From contig CAWJGT010000003.1 of NCBI GenBank assembly GCA_963842525.1, positions 32,001 through 96,000 on the forward strand: a stretch of 64,000 nucleotides of DNA, in the 5' to 3' direction. Positions 46,935 through 56,467 of this stretch are shown in pieces; positions within the stretch are counted from its first letter, which is position 1; every line of letters starts with the position of its first letter. The notes beneath the pieces were generated by a model that saw only the letters and a list, made by a program, of their open reading frames with translations, was not told the DNA's origin and did no database searches. The translations under genes and the position numbers were made by a program. The DNA is from an uncultured Holophagales bacterium (GTDB lineage: Bacteria; Acidobacteriota; Thermoanaerobaculia; Multivoradales; UBA5704).

Positions 46935-49334
46935 ATGCGGCACCGGCGCGATCTCGTTCTGTGGGTCCTGGCGGGTGTCCTGGGCGTCGGCCTGCTCGCC
47001 TGGGCCTGGCCGCGTGCCTTCCCGTTCCATCCCCGGCAGTGGTCCGTCTCCCGCGAAGAGGCGGTCGACATCGCTCTCGCGCGGCTTACCGACCTCGGCG
47101 CGCCGGTCGAGGACTCCTATGTAGTCCCCGTGCTCGCCTCTGACGCCCAGATCGAGCGCCGGCTGGCCACCCTGCCGGGATCGCCCGATCCCGAGCGGCT
47201 GCGCGCGAGCGGCCTCCCCGACCAGGTGGCCGTCTGGGAGGTCTTCGTCTACCCACCAGGAGGCCGGTGGACCGACTGGAGATACCGGGCTCAGATCTCC
47301 GTGTCCGGCGAGGTGCTCCTGCTCCGCCTCAACCTCGATCCCCAGGAGAAGGGGAATCCGATCGACCCCCAGGCGGCGCGCGACCGTGCCGCCTCCTTCC
47401 TCGCGGCGCAGGGGTTCGACCTCGGGCGCTATGGCGAGCCGGAGATCCGCAGCCAGCAGCTCGCCGCCCGCACCGACCTCACCGTGCGCTACCCCGACCG
47501 CCGTGCCCTGGTGGGGGACGGGATCACCCACGGCGTCGAGGTCGTCTTCGCCGGCGATCGCCTGGCCGGGTTCCAGCCCTGGATGCAGGACCCCAAGGAG
47601 CGGCAGGTCCAGGAGAGCCTCCAGAGCCTCCAATTTGCCGGCCTGGGCCGGCTGGTGCTCGTCTGGCTCTTCCTCGCCCTGCTGGCCGCCCCCTTCCTGA
47701 AGCGCTACCACGAGGGGGAAATCGGTGTGCGCCGGGGCGGCCAGATCTTCGTTCTGGTCGCAGGGTGCGCCCTGCTCTTCCTGCTGATGACGGCCCGCTC
47801 CGCCGGACAGGATCTCGGCCTCGGCCTGGCCACCCGCGAGCAGACGACGTGGGTCCTGTTCACCGCCCAGATCGTCTTCCGGGTCGTCCCCACCGCGCTG
47901 CTCGCCTTCTTCGCCTGGTCGGTGGGGGAGTCGATCTGCCGCGAGCGGTGGGGTCACAAGCTCGCCGCCTTCGACGCTCTGTTCCAGCGTGACTGGGCCA
48001 ACGCGACCGTGGCGCGGTCGTCGCTGCGCGGCGTGGCCGCGGGGCTCTTCCTGGCGGGCGCCTTCACCGCTCTGCTCTGGGGGATGCACGAGGCCGGAGC
48101 CACCCCCCTGGCTTCCATCGCCATGGCCAGCGCCAGCCCATGGCCCGGCCTGGAGATCGTGGCGAGCCTCCTCGCCTTCAGCCTGCCGGGCTTCCTGGTG
48201 GCATTGCTCTCGCTCCTGCCGGTGGCGGCGCGTCACCTGGGCCGGGTGCTCGGGGTCCTGGCCGCGGTGGTCCTGGGCTCGATCGTCCTCTTCCCGAACC
48301 TCCTCGCCGTGCCGCTCGTCTGGGGGCTCCTCGCCACCCTGGCCTTCGGTGTCCTGCCGGTGGTGCTCTTCCTTATCTATGACCTGTTGACCGCGCTGCT
48401 CGCCGGCTTCATGGCCCAGGGGCTGTTCTTCGCCTGGCCGCTGTTGACCGCGGGCGACAGCTCGCTGCGGGTCCAGGGCGGCCTGGCGCTGGCGGTGCTC
48501 GCGGCGCCGCTGGTGGTGAGCCTCCGTGCCCTGGGCAGCAAACGGGAATTCGTCTACCGCTACGAGGACGTGGCCCCCCACGTGCGGCGGATCGCCGAGC
48601 GCGAGCGCCAGCGGGTCGAGCTGGAGACTGCGCGGCGCATCCAGAGCTCCATCCTGCCGGAGCTCCCGCCCCGCCTGCACGGCGTGGAGATCGCCCATGC
48701 CTACCTGCCGGCGAGCGAGGTCGGGGGAGACTTCTACGACGTCCTGGCCCTGGAGGATGGGCGGCTCGCCGTGGCCGTGGGGGACGTGGCCGGGCACGGC
48801 GTCTCCTCCGGCCTCATCATGGCCATGGCCAAGTCCGCCCTCGACGTGCAGGTGACCTTCGATCCGGACGTCCGGGCGGTCTTCCACACCTTGAACCGGA
48901 TGGTCTACCAGACTGCCCGCAAGCGGCTTCTGGCCACTCTCTGCTACCTCCTTCTCGATCCGCGCCGGCGCGAGATGGTCTATGCGAGCGCCGGCCACCT
49001 GTACCCCTACCGGGTGACCTCGCGCGGCACGGTCGAGGCGCTGGAGTCGACCGCCTATCCGCTGGGGGTGCGCAGCGACCTCGAGATCGTGCCCCGCACG
49101 GCCGCTCTCGACCCGGGGGACATCCTCTTCCTGTTCAGCGACGGGCTGGTGGAGGCGCGGCCGGAGGGGCGGGACGAGGTCTTCGGCTTCGACCGCCTGG
49201 AGGAGAGCCTCGCGCGCCACGCCCACAGCGGCGTCGAGGGCCTGCGCGACGGCGTGCTCGCCGACGTGGACCGCTTCACCGGCCCGATCCCGCGCGAGGA
49301 CGACCAGACCGTCCTCGTCCTGCGGCTCCCGTAA
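46935..49334 (+). CDS. Multi-TM sensor with C-terminal SpoIIE/PP2C (RsbU-like) phosphatase
   Basis: ELETARRIQ, EVGGDFYD, GDVAGHG, SAGH, PLG, FSDGLVE, EDDQT. Confidence 0.92.
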   Translation: MRHRRDLVLWVLAGVLGVGLLAWAWPRAFPFHPRQWSVSREEAVDIALARLTDLGAPVEDSYVVPVLASDAQIERRLATLPGSPDPERLRASGLPDQVAVWEVFVYPPGGRWTDWRYRAQISVSGEVLLLRLNLDPQEKGNPIDPQAARDRAASFLAAQGFDLGRYGEPEIRSQQLAARTDLTVRYPDRRALVGDGITHGVEVVFAGDRLAGFQPWMQDPKERQVQESLQSLQFAGLGRLVLVWLFLALLAAPFLKRYHEGEIGVRRGGQIFVLVAGCALLFLLMTARSAGQDLGLGLATREQTTWVLFTAQIVFRVVPTALLAFFAWSVGESICRERWGHKLAAFDALFQRDWANATVARSSLRGVAAGLFLAGAFTALLWGMHEAGATPLASIAMASASPWPGLEIVASLLAFSLPGFLVALLSLLPVAARHLGRVLGVLAAVVLGSIVLFPNLLAVPLVWGLLATLAFGVLPVVLFLIYDLLTALLAGFMAQGLFFAWPLLTAGDSSLRVQGGLALAVLAAPLVVSLRALGSKREFVYRYEDVAPHVRRIAERERQRVELETARRIQSSILPELPPRLHGVEIAHAYLPASEVGGDFYDVLALEDGRLAVAVGDVAGHGVSSGLIMAMAKSALDVQVTFDPDVRAVFHTLNRMVYQTARKRLLATLCYLLLDPRRREMVYASAGHLYPYRVTSRGTVEALESTAYPLGVRSDLEIVPRTAALDPGDILFLFSDGLVEARPEGRDEVFGFDRLEESLARHAHSGVEGLRDGVLADVDRFTGPIPREDDQTVLVLRLP

Positions 49335-49353
49335 GCCCTTTTTCCTCAGGAGA

Positions 49354-49417
49354 TTGAGGTTTTTTGAGGAAGTTTGAGCCGTTCTTTCATGACCTTTGAG
49401 AAGACTCAGGCTACTCT
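49354..49417 (+). promoter_or_regulatory. Sigma70-like promoter with phased TTGAG boxes (unit 1)
   Basis: TTGAG at 49354, 49364, 49374 and 49396; ATGACC (49389)-17 bp-TACTCT (49412). Confidence 0.65.
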
Positions 49418-49423
49418 GTTCCT

Positions 49424-49590
49424 GTGAGTGGACGGGCGAGGCGCTGCTGGAGGTTGTCGTTCTCGTTTCCTTGTTGTTCTTGTCGTTGTCTTGGAGGGAG
49501 CAGGAGAAGCACACTGACGATCTGCTGTTGTGAGATGTCCAGGAGGATGAGCTGGAATGGAACCCGGGGGTGCCCCGGGTTTTTCTTTTT
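49424..49590 (+). ncRNA. Putative small RNA, unit 1 (~165 nt)
   Basis: Lies between the promoter and an intrinsic terminator; no credible ORF; shares motifs with unit 2. Confidence 0.55.
49561..49590 (+). terminator. Intrinsic terminator
   Basis: AACCCGGGG-GTG-CCCCGGGTT followed by TTTCTTTTT. Confidence 0.85.
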
Positions 49591-49616
49591 GGGGCCCACC
49601 AGCAATTCAGGAGCCG

Positions 49617-49691
49617 CTGAGGTTTTTTGAGTTACTTTGAGGCTATTTTGAGGCCCCCTGTCATGACCTTTGAGAGTGGACCGGTTACTCT
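49617..49691 (+). promoter_or_regulatory. Sigma70-like promoter with phased TTGAG boxes (unit 2)
   Basis: (C/T)TGAG at 49617, 49627, 49637, 49648 and 49670; ATGACC (49663)-17 bp-TACTCT (49686). Confidence 0.65.
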
Positions 49692-49697
49692 GCCGTT

Positions 49698-49871
49698 GTC
49701 GGGTTGAACACGAGAGAGAGGGATGTGACTTCTTGCTGCTGTCGTTCTTTGCTGGTCTGCTGGTCTGTAGGTCTGTAGTTGTCCTGGAGGGATATGATGT
49801 AACTCTGAAGTTCTGACTTCGCGAGGAGGGAACCTGCGAAGACCCGGGGATGCCCCCGGGTTTTTTATTTT
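49698..49871 (+). ncRNA. Putative small RNA, unit 2 (~170 nt)
   Basis: Same layout as unit 1; shared GYTGTCGTTCT, GTTGTCYTGGAGGGA and AGGAGG motifs. Confidence 0.55.
49841..49871 (+). terminator. Intrinsic terminator
   Basis: GACCCGGGG-ATGC-CCCCGGGTT followed by TTTTATTTT. Confidence 0.85.
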
Positions 49872-50299
49872 GGTGGGATGTCGGCTGAGAGCGCAGGGAT
49901 GATGCCCGCCGCCGCCTCGACGGTCATGTGAGCTTCGCCAATCGCCCGCTGAGCGTCCTCCCGCGAGTACTGCTCCGTGGGGATGAAATCGATGTCGCCA
50001 TAAAACGAGAACTCCCGCTCCTTGCGCAGGCGGGTGGAGATCTGGGCAAGCTGCTCCAGCCGGTCTCGTTCCAAGGCTGGGAAGCGGTCCTCGAATTGCA
50101 GCAAGAACCCACCGACGTCATGCCACTTGGGAGGCTCGACTCCGACCTGCCGCAGCATGCCTTTGAGAGACAGCTCTACGATCTCCTGTGCCTCCCGGAC
50201 CACATCGGAGAAGGCTCCTTCGTCGAGCAAAACTTGAAGGATCTTCAGGCGCGACCGCGCTTTGAGAAGATAGCTCTGCGCCAGCGACAGGTTGGTCAC
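49865..50299 (-). CDS. HEPN domain protein
   Basis: FSDVVREAQEIVELSLKGML...PPKWHDV...REFSFYGD; GTGA-coupled to the MNT gene. Confidence 0.88.
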   Translation of the reverse strand: MTNLSLAQSYLLKARSRLKILQVLLDEGAFSDVVREAQEIVELSLKGMLRQVGVEPPKWHDVGGFLLQFEDRFPALERDRLEQLAQISTRLRKEREFSFYGDIDFIPTEQYSREDAQRAIGEAHMTVEAAAGIIPALSADIPPK

Positions 50300-50796
50300 A
50301 GCTCGAACACCTCGCCGGGACGGTAGTCGGGCTTGAGGTCCCAATACCAGGCATTGCCGAGCCAGACCCGTCGGGCCCCGAGTTGCGCGAGGCGCTCTCG
50401 GAGCCTGTCGAGCTCCCGGGCGAAGAAGCCTTCCCGGTCGAAGAGGATCCGGGAGTCTTCGGTCATATCCAGGAACAGGGGGCTACCATGGCCGGCCTCC
50501 TCGGGCGTCTTGAGGATAGGCGAAAGAGGAGGAGCGGCTCCAAGCTCGGAAAGCACAAACCTGCCGAAGCGCTTTTCGACCTCTTCGAACTCCTCGACCC
50601 GGCGCACCCGCCCGTTGGGCAGAGACTCGGAGATGAGGAGGAGGTCGATGTCGGAATCGGGCCTGGCCGTACCGCGGCCAGTAGAGCCGAAGATCACCAC
50701 GGCAATCAGCCGCTCGCCGTAAACCTCTTCACAGGCGCGAAGGAGGGCCGAGAAGACCTGCTCGAGGTTTTGCCTGGTGGGGTCAGCCAGAGTCAT
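50296..50796 (-). CDS. Minimal nucleotidyltransferase (MNT)
   Basis: VIFGSTGRG...DSDIDLL. Confidence 0.92.
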   Translation of the reverse strand: MTLADPTRQNLEQVFSALLRACEEVYGERLIAVVIFGSTGRGTARPDSDIDLLLISESLPNGRVRRVEEFEEVEKRFGRFVLSELGAAPPLSPILKTPEEAGHGSPLFLDMTEDSRILFDREGFFARELDRLRERLAQLGARRVWLGNAWYWDLKPDYRPGEVFEL

Positions 50797-50848
50797 CGGC
50801 GGATTATCGCATGGTCCGGAGGAGCCCCGCTCGGGGCCGGGAGATCCG

Positions 50849-53800
50849 CTACGACAGCAGCAGCTCCAGATCCTCCCGGCTGAGGCGGGCGATCAGGCTC
50901 TGGTCGGCCTGGATGATGGCGTCGGCGAGGTCGCGCTTGCTTTCCTGGAGCTGCAGGATCTTCTCCTCGACCGTGTCGCGCGCGACGAGGCGGTAGGCGA
51001 AGACCGGCCGCGTCTGGCCGATGCGGTGGGCGCGGTCGATGGCCTGGGCTTCGACCGCCGGGTTCCACCAGGGGTCGAGGAGGTAGACGTAGTCGGCGGC
51101 GGTCAGGTTGAGACCCAGCCCTCCGGCCTTGAGGCTGATCAGGAACAGGCGGCAGCCTGCATCGGACTGGAACTGCTCGACCCGCTCCCGGCGGTCGCGG
51201 GTGCGGCCGTCGAGATAAAGGTAGGGGATCCCCTCCGCGGTCGAGGTGGCGGCGCACCAGGGCGAGGAAGCTCGTGAACTGGGAGAAGACCAGGGCCTTG
51301 TGCCCCTCGGCGAGCACCTCGCGGAGCTGGGGCAGCAGGAGGTCGAGCTTGGCGGCGGGCTCGTCGCTACGGTCGCGGTCGAGGAGACCGGGATGGCAGG
51401 CCGCCTGCCGCAGGCGCAGCAGGGCTTCGAGGACCAGGATCTTGGTGCGCCCGAGCCCCTGCGCTTCGATGCGCCCGCTCAGCGAATTGCGGTAGTGGTC
51501 GCGCAGCTCGTCGTAGAGCCGGCGCTGCTTCGGCGGCAGCTCGCAGTAGAGGGTCTGCTCGACCTTGGCGGGCAGCTCCGGGGCGACCTGCTCCTTGGTG
51601 CGGCGCAGGAGGAAGGGGCGCAGTGCACGGGCGAGGAGCGTCCGCGTCTCCGCGTCCGGATCGCGCAGCTCGGTCGACCTGGCCCGCAGGAGCGGGGAGG
51701 CTCCCAGCATGCCGGGGTTCAGGAACTCGAGCAGGCTCCACAGCTCGCCCAGATGGTTCTCGATCGGCGTGCCGCTCAGGGCCAGGCGGTGCCGGCCGCG
51801 CAGCAGGCGGGCGGCCTTGGCCGTCTGGCTGTCGGCGTTCTTGATCGCCTGCGCCTCGTCCAGGATGACGTAGTCGAATTCCGTCTGGCGCAGCGTCGCC
51901 AGGTCCCGGCGCAGGGTGCCGTAGGTGGTGAGCACGAGGTCGTAGCCCTTGAAGGCGTCCTCGTCCCGGGCGCGGCCGGTGCCGGTGTAGTCGAGAACCC
52001 GCAGCCGGGGCGTGAAGCGGGCCGCTTCGGCGAGCCAGTTGAAGACGAGCGAGCGGGGGACCACGACCAGCGACGGCCCCGGTTTCTGCCGGGTGGGCCG
52101 GGTGCGCGCGGTCCGGCGCGCTTCGAGGAGGGCCAGGACCTGCACGGTCTTGCCCAGCCCCATGTCGTCCGCCAGGCAGCCGCCGAAGCCGAAGTCGCGC
52201 AGGAAGTGGAGCCACCCCAGGCCGGCGCGCTGGTAGTCCCGCAGCTCGCCCTGGAACCCCGGCGGCGGGTCGGCCGGGGCCACGCCCTCGAAACGGTGGA
52301 GGCGGTTGCGGGCGCGGGCGAAGGCCGCGTCGCAGGTCACCTCGGGCTCGCCGGCGAGCCATGCGTCGAGAAGGCAGGCCTGGACCGGCTGGAACCGCAC
52401 GTGGTCCTTGTGCGTCTGCCCGAGGCCGGCGACCGGGGCGAGCCGCTTCAACCATTCTTCGGGGAGCAGGCCGAGCGTTCCGTCCGAGAGGGGAACGAAT
52501 CCGTCGCCTCGTTCGAGGGCGGCGAGGAGCTCGGGCAGGCGGACGATCTCGGGGGTCCCGGGGTTCGCGCCGGAGAACTGCGCTTCGCCGTGCAGCTCGA
52601 ACCAGTCGACGCCCGAGCTGACCGCGAGCTGGAAGTTGCCGGCGGACCGATACAGCTTTCCCTTCGCCTCGACTTGCCATCCTTCCGAGAGAAGTGTGCG
52701 TACGGCCACCGCGACCCGGTTCGCAGGGATCGGCATCGGGAGCGTCTCGGAGCCGTTCCGGGCCGGACGGAATCCGAGGTCCGGCAGGCGGTCGGCAGCC
52801 CGCTGTTCCGCCTCGGGGTCGCGCAGCAGGAACTGCCGGTCCTCCCTTTCGTAGAGGCCCCGGCCGGGCGCCCCGGCGGGCACCTCGCGGCCGTCATAGA
52901 GGAAGGAGAGCTCCGCGCGCGGCCACTCGCGGTAGCTTTCCCCTTCGGTGGCCGGCCGCAGGCGGAGCCGCGGCATGGGGACCGGACGAACCTCTTGAAT
53001 GCGCATCGCCTCCGGCAGGTCGAGCCGGGGCATCCGGGGCGAAGCCACGAGGCGCTCGAGCAGCTCGTCCCGGTCGGCCGCCGGCACCCGCAGCGTTCCG
53101 AGGCTTTGGAGCAGAGGGATCCAGCCGAAGTCGCCCCGGACGTCGAGCCGGGCAGCCCGGCCGCCGGTGAAGACCAGCCCCGAGCGGAGCACGAGAGCCG
53201 GCTCGGTGAGGCCCAGGCGCTCCCCGTTGCGGCGCAGGGAGCCGGTCACTTCACAGTCCTGCGCTTCGTTCTCGCGCACCTCCAGCCAGAGCTCCCAGGG
53301 CTCTGCGTCGTCCCAGACGAGGGGCTCTCCCTCCGATCCAGGGCTGCGGCGCAGGCGGCAACGCCCGGTGGCGCAGAGGAGAGGGACGAGCGTGGCCGCC
53401 GCCGGCTCGGGGAAGCTGGGGGAGGAGGGGACGGTCTCCGAGACGGAGGCATAGGAGTACCAGGTCCGCCAGGGGCTGCTCTGCGGCGCGCCGGCCAGCA
53501 GAGCGAGGACCTCGCGGTCGGCGGGGTCGGGCAGGCGGGGGATCTGGCTGCGCGAGACCCGCAGGGGGTAGCTCTTCCCCAGCGTGCCGTCGAGCTTCCT
53601 CCGTGCGCCCAGGAGGTCCAACTTGAGCCGCTGGACCTGTCGCGTGGCCTCCGCGTCGATCACATAGACGATCTCGTCCGCGGAGGTGAAAGGAGCCTCC
53701 TCCCGGCTGATCGTTGCGAAGAGGTCGCGCCAGACCGGAGGCCGGCTCTGCATGGAAAGCTGGGGAGTGCGCGGTACCGGGGCGGGCTGCGGCGGCCTGG

Positions 53801-54248
53801 GTCGCTTCTTGTCCTCGAAGCGCCCCCCTATCCAGCCGTCGTCCTCTTCTTCCTCCTCGTCCCCAACGTCCTCTTCGTCCTCATCCCAGATCTCACCTTC
53901 GTCGGGGTCTTCCCAGTCCTCCTCCACCGCTACCTCGGCGACGAGCACGCGGGGCAGGCCGCCTCCCGGGCCCCGCAGCCCGCCTTTTGCGTCCGCGGCC
54001 AGGATCGTCGCCCATACGTGCTGGCAGGGCTCGCCGCGGTCGGCGATATAGGGGCAGGTGCAGGAGGCGTACAGGCGCTTCGACTCGCGGGTCAGAAGGA
54101 CATGGTACTCGTCGGAGCCGAAGACGGTCGCCGCCACGACATCGCGGTCGCTGGAGGTGACGGAGACCTTGCCGTCCCGGAAGTATTGCTGGCCGCGCTT
54201 GCGGACTCCAGAGTCGACGGAATGGGCGAGAGTGGAGGCGAGCGTCAT
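50849..54248 (-). CDS. SWIM zinc finger-SNF2 family helicase; frameshift near 51240
   Basis: CTCP...CQH (SWIM), [30 protein letters not shown]; after the frame change [33 protein letters not shown]. Confidence 0.92.
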
Positions 54249-54348
54249 CGGGACACATGCTATCAATTCCCGAGTCGCATGACGAGATCGCGGACAAGCA
54301 CATTGGAAACCATCGGCCGTCCGATGACGTAGGTGAAGGCGTAGGATC

Positions 54349-54934
54349 ATGGCCGTGTCCGACCCAATCGCCGAGAGCACCTCTGTCCTGGACAGCGCCG
54401 ACTTTTCCGGCGCCGCCGGCCGCCGTCGCCGTTCCGCCGTCGGTCGCCGACGGCGTCGAGCGCTCCCTCGATCCGCGTTCGATCGCGCTCCAGCGGACCG
54501 TCGGCTGGATCGTCGCCGGCTCGATCTCGCTCGGCCTTCTCCTCGGGGTCGGCATCCTTCTGCTGGTCCCCATCCCGGGGTGGATCAAGGCCCTGGCCGC
54601 TCTGCTCTGGGCCGGCATCACGCTGACCCTGGCGTGGCTTGCGCACCGCTGGCCCGAGATCGAGCACCGCCACGCCTCGTACAGGGTCGACGGGCAGGGC
54701 CTGGAGATCCGCCGGGGTGTCGTCTGGCGTGGCGTCCTCAACGTGCCTCGCTCGCGCGTTCAGCACACCGACGTCTCGCAGGGCCCCCTCGAGCGCAGCC
54801 ACGGGCTCGGCACACTGGTCATCTACACGGCGGGCACCCATCACGCGCGGGTCGACCTGCACGGCCTGGACTATTCGACGGCGCTCCGCATCCGCGACCA
54901 TCTCCTGCCGCGGGAAGGCGACGATGCCATCTGA
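54349..54934 (+). CDS. YdbS-like membrane protein with bPH domain (start uncertain, possible early frameshift)
   Basis: Two TMs, then IRRGVVW...VPRSRVQHTDVSQGPLER..GLGTLVIYTAG. ATG 54349 has an RBS but is in a different frame from the conserved part. Confidence 0.8.
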
Positions 54935-56459
54935 CCAGCGGCTCCACCCGCTGTCGGTCCTTTTCAGCTTCCTGACGCAGCTCAAAGGCTTCGCCATCCC
55001 GGGGATCCTTCTCCTTGTGGGCGCTGGCTCCGCGGGCTGGTTGGGCTGGCAGATGTGGACGGCCCTGTTCCTGATCCCGCAGGCGCTCGTATCCATCGCC
55101 CGGTACGTCTCGTTCCGCTACCGCTACGACGAGAACGAAATGGTGATCCGGTCGGGGGTCCTCTTCCGCAACGAACGGCATATCCCCTACAGGCGCATCC
55201 AGAACCTGGACGCCGTGCAGAACGTGCTCCATCGCCTCTTCGGCGTCGTGGAGGTCCGCCTGGAGACGGGCGGCGGCGACGAGCCAGAAGCGAAGATGAG
55301 CGTCCTGCCGCTCGCCGCTTTCGAGGAGATGCGGCGGCGCGTCTTCGCGGAGAAGAGCGGAGCTGGCGAGCCGGCGGATGCCGCCGCTGCAGTCGCCGAA
55401 TTACCCGCGGGCCGGACCCTCCTCCATCTGCCTCCGCGCGAGCTGATGCTCTATGGCCTGATCGAGAACCGCGGCGTCGTGCTCCTCGCCGCGGCCTTCG
55501 GACTGGTCTGGGAGCTGGAGTTCTTGAGCGGCGGCTTCGACAGGGTCTTCGGCCGCATCTTCGGCGAGCAGACGTCGGGCCGCGGCCTGGTCCGCTCCAT
55601 TGCGTCGGCGTTGCTCGGCCAGGGAGGGCTGCCGGTGGGCCGGATCGCGCTCGCCCTGGGGGCGTTCGTCCTCCTCCTCCTGGCCCTCCGGCTGTTCTCC
55701 ATGGCCTGGGCGCTCGTCCGCCTGTATGGTTTCCGGCTCACCCTCGCGGGAGAGGACCTCCGCACCGAGCTCGGCCTCCTCACGCGGGTCACCACGACGA
55801 TCCCGCTGCGCCGGATCCAGACGCTGACGATCCGGGAAGGGCCGCTCCATCAACTGTGCCGGCGCGCGTCGGTGCGTGTGGACACGGCCGGAGGCAGCGG
55901 CGGTGAGGAGGGCGAGGGCGCGAAGCAGCGCGAATGGCTGGCCCCGATCCTGCGCCGCGCCGAGCTGCCGGGCCTTCTGCGCGAGGTGCTGCCCGAGCTG
56001 GATCTGGCGGCGGTTACCTGGAATCCTGCCGCTCCCCGCGCCTTCCGGCGCGAGCTCAAGACCTCGCTCCTCGTGGCCGTCGCGGTCGCCCTGCCGTTCG
56101 TCCTTCTCCTGAAGTGGTGGGACCTCGCCCTGCTGGCGGTCCTCGTCGCCTGGGCCGTCGCCGCCGCCCGCCTGCACGTCGCCCATCTCGGGTGGGCCGT
56201 GACCGGCAGCGCGGTCCTCTTCCGCAGCGGCTGGCTCTGGAAGCAGGTGAGCATCGCGCGCTTCGCCAAGATCCAGGCCGTGGCGCTCCACGAATCCCCC
56301 TTCGACCGCCGCACCGCCATGGCGCGAGTCCGCGTGGACACGGCCGGCGCGGGGGACCTGTCGCACCGCGTGGACATCCCCTACCTCGCGCGCGAGACCG
56401 CCCAGGATCTCTACAATCTCCTCGCGCTGCAAGCCGCCCGCACCGCGTTCCGGTGGTGA
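54924..56459 (+). CDS. YdbT-like membrane protein with three bPH domains
   Basis: RLHPLS, three repeats of I..RIQ...Q/GPL.R...V.TAG. Confidence 0.88.
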   Translation: MPSDQRLHPLSVLFSFLTQLKGFAIPGILLLVGAGSAGWLGWQMWTALFLIPQALVSIARYVSFRYRYDENEMVIRSGVLFRNERHIPYRRIQNLDAVQNVLHRLFGVVEVRLETGGGDEPEAKMSVLPLAAFEEMRRRVFAEKSGAGEPADAAAAVAELPAGRTLLHLPPRELMLYGLIENRGVVLLAAAFGLVWELEFLSGGFDRVFGRIFGEQTSGRGLVRSIASALLGQGGLPVGRIALALGAFVLLLLALRLFSMAWALVRLYGFRLTLAGEDLRTELGLLTRVTTTIPLRRIQTLTIREGPLHQLCRRASVRVDTAGGSGGEEGEGAKQREWLAPILRRAELPGLLREVLPELDLAAVTWNPAAPRAFRRELKTSLLVAVAVALPFVLLLKWWDLALLAVLVAWAVAAARLHVAHLGWAVTGSAVLFRSGWLWKQVSIARFAKIQAVALHESPFDRRTAMARVRVDTAGAGDLSHRVDIPYLARETAQDLYNLLALQAARTAFRW

Positions 56460-56467
56460 GGGCCCCG

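Noticed and set aside
49411-49630. Small peptide or RiPP precursor ORFs (49424-49630 +, 49411-49605 -)
   Set aside because: They cross the terminator hairpin, have atypical codon usage, and have no counterpart in the second unit.
49865-54248. HEPN-MNT plus SNF2 as a dedicated anti-phage system
   Set aside because: SWIM-SNF2 of this type is a common stand-alone gene, the HEPN lacks an obvious Rx4-6H motif, and no other defence genes are adjacent.
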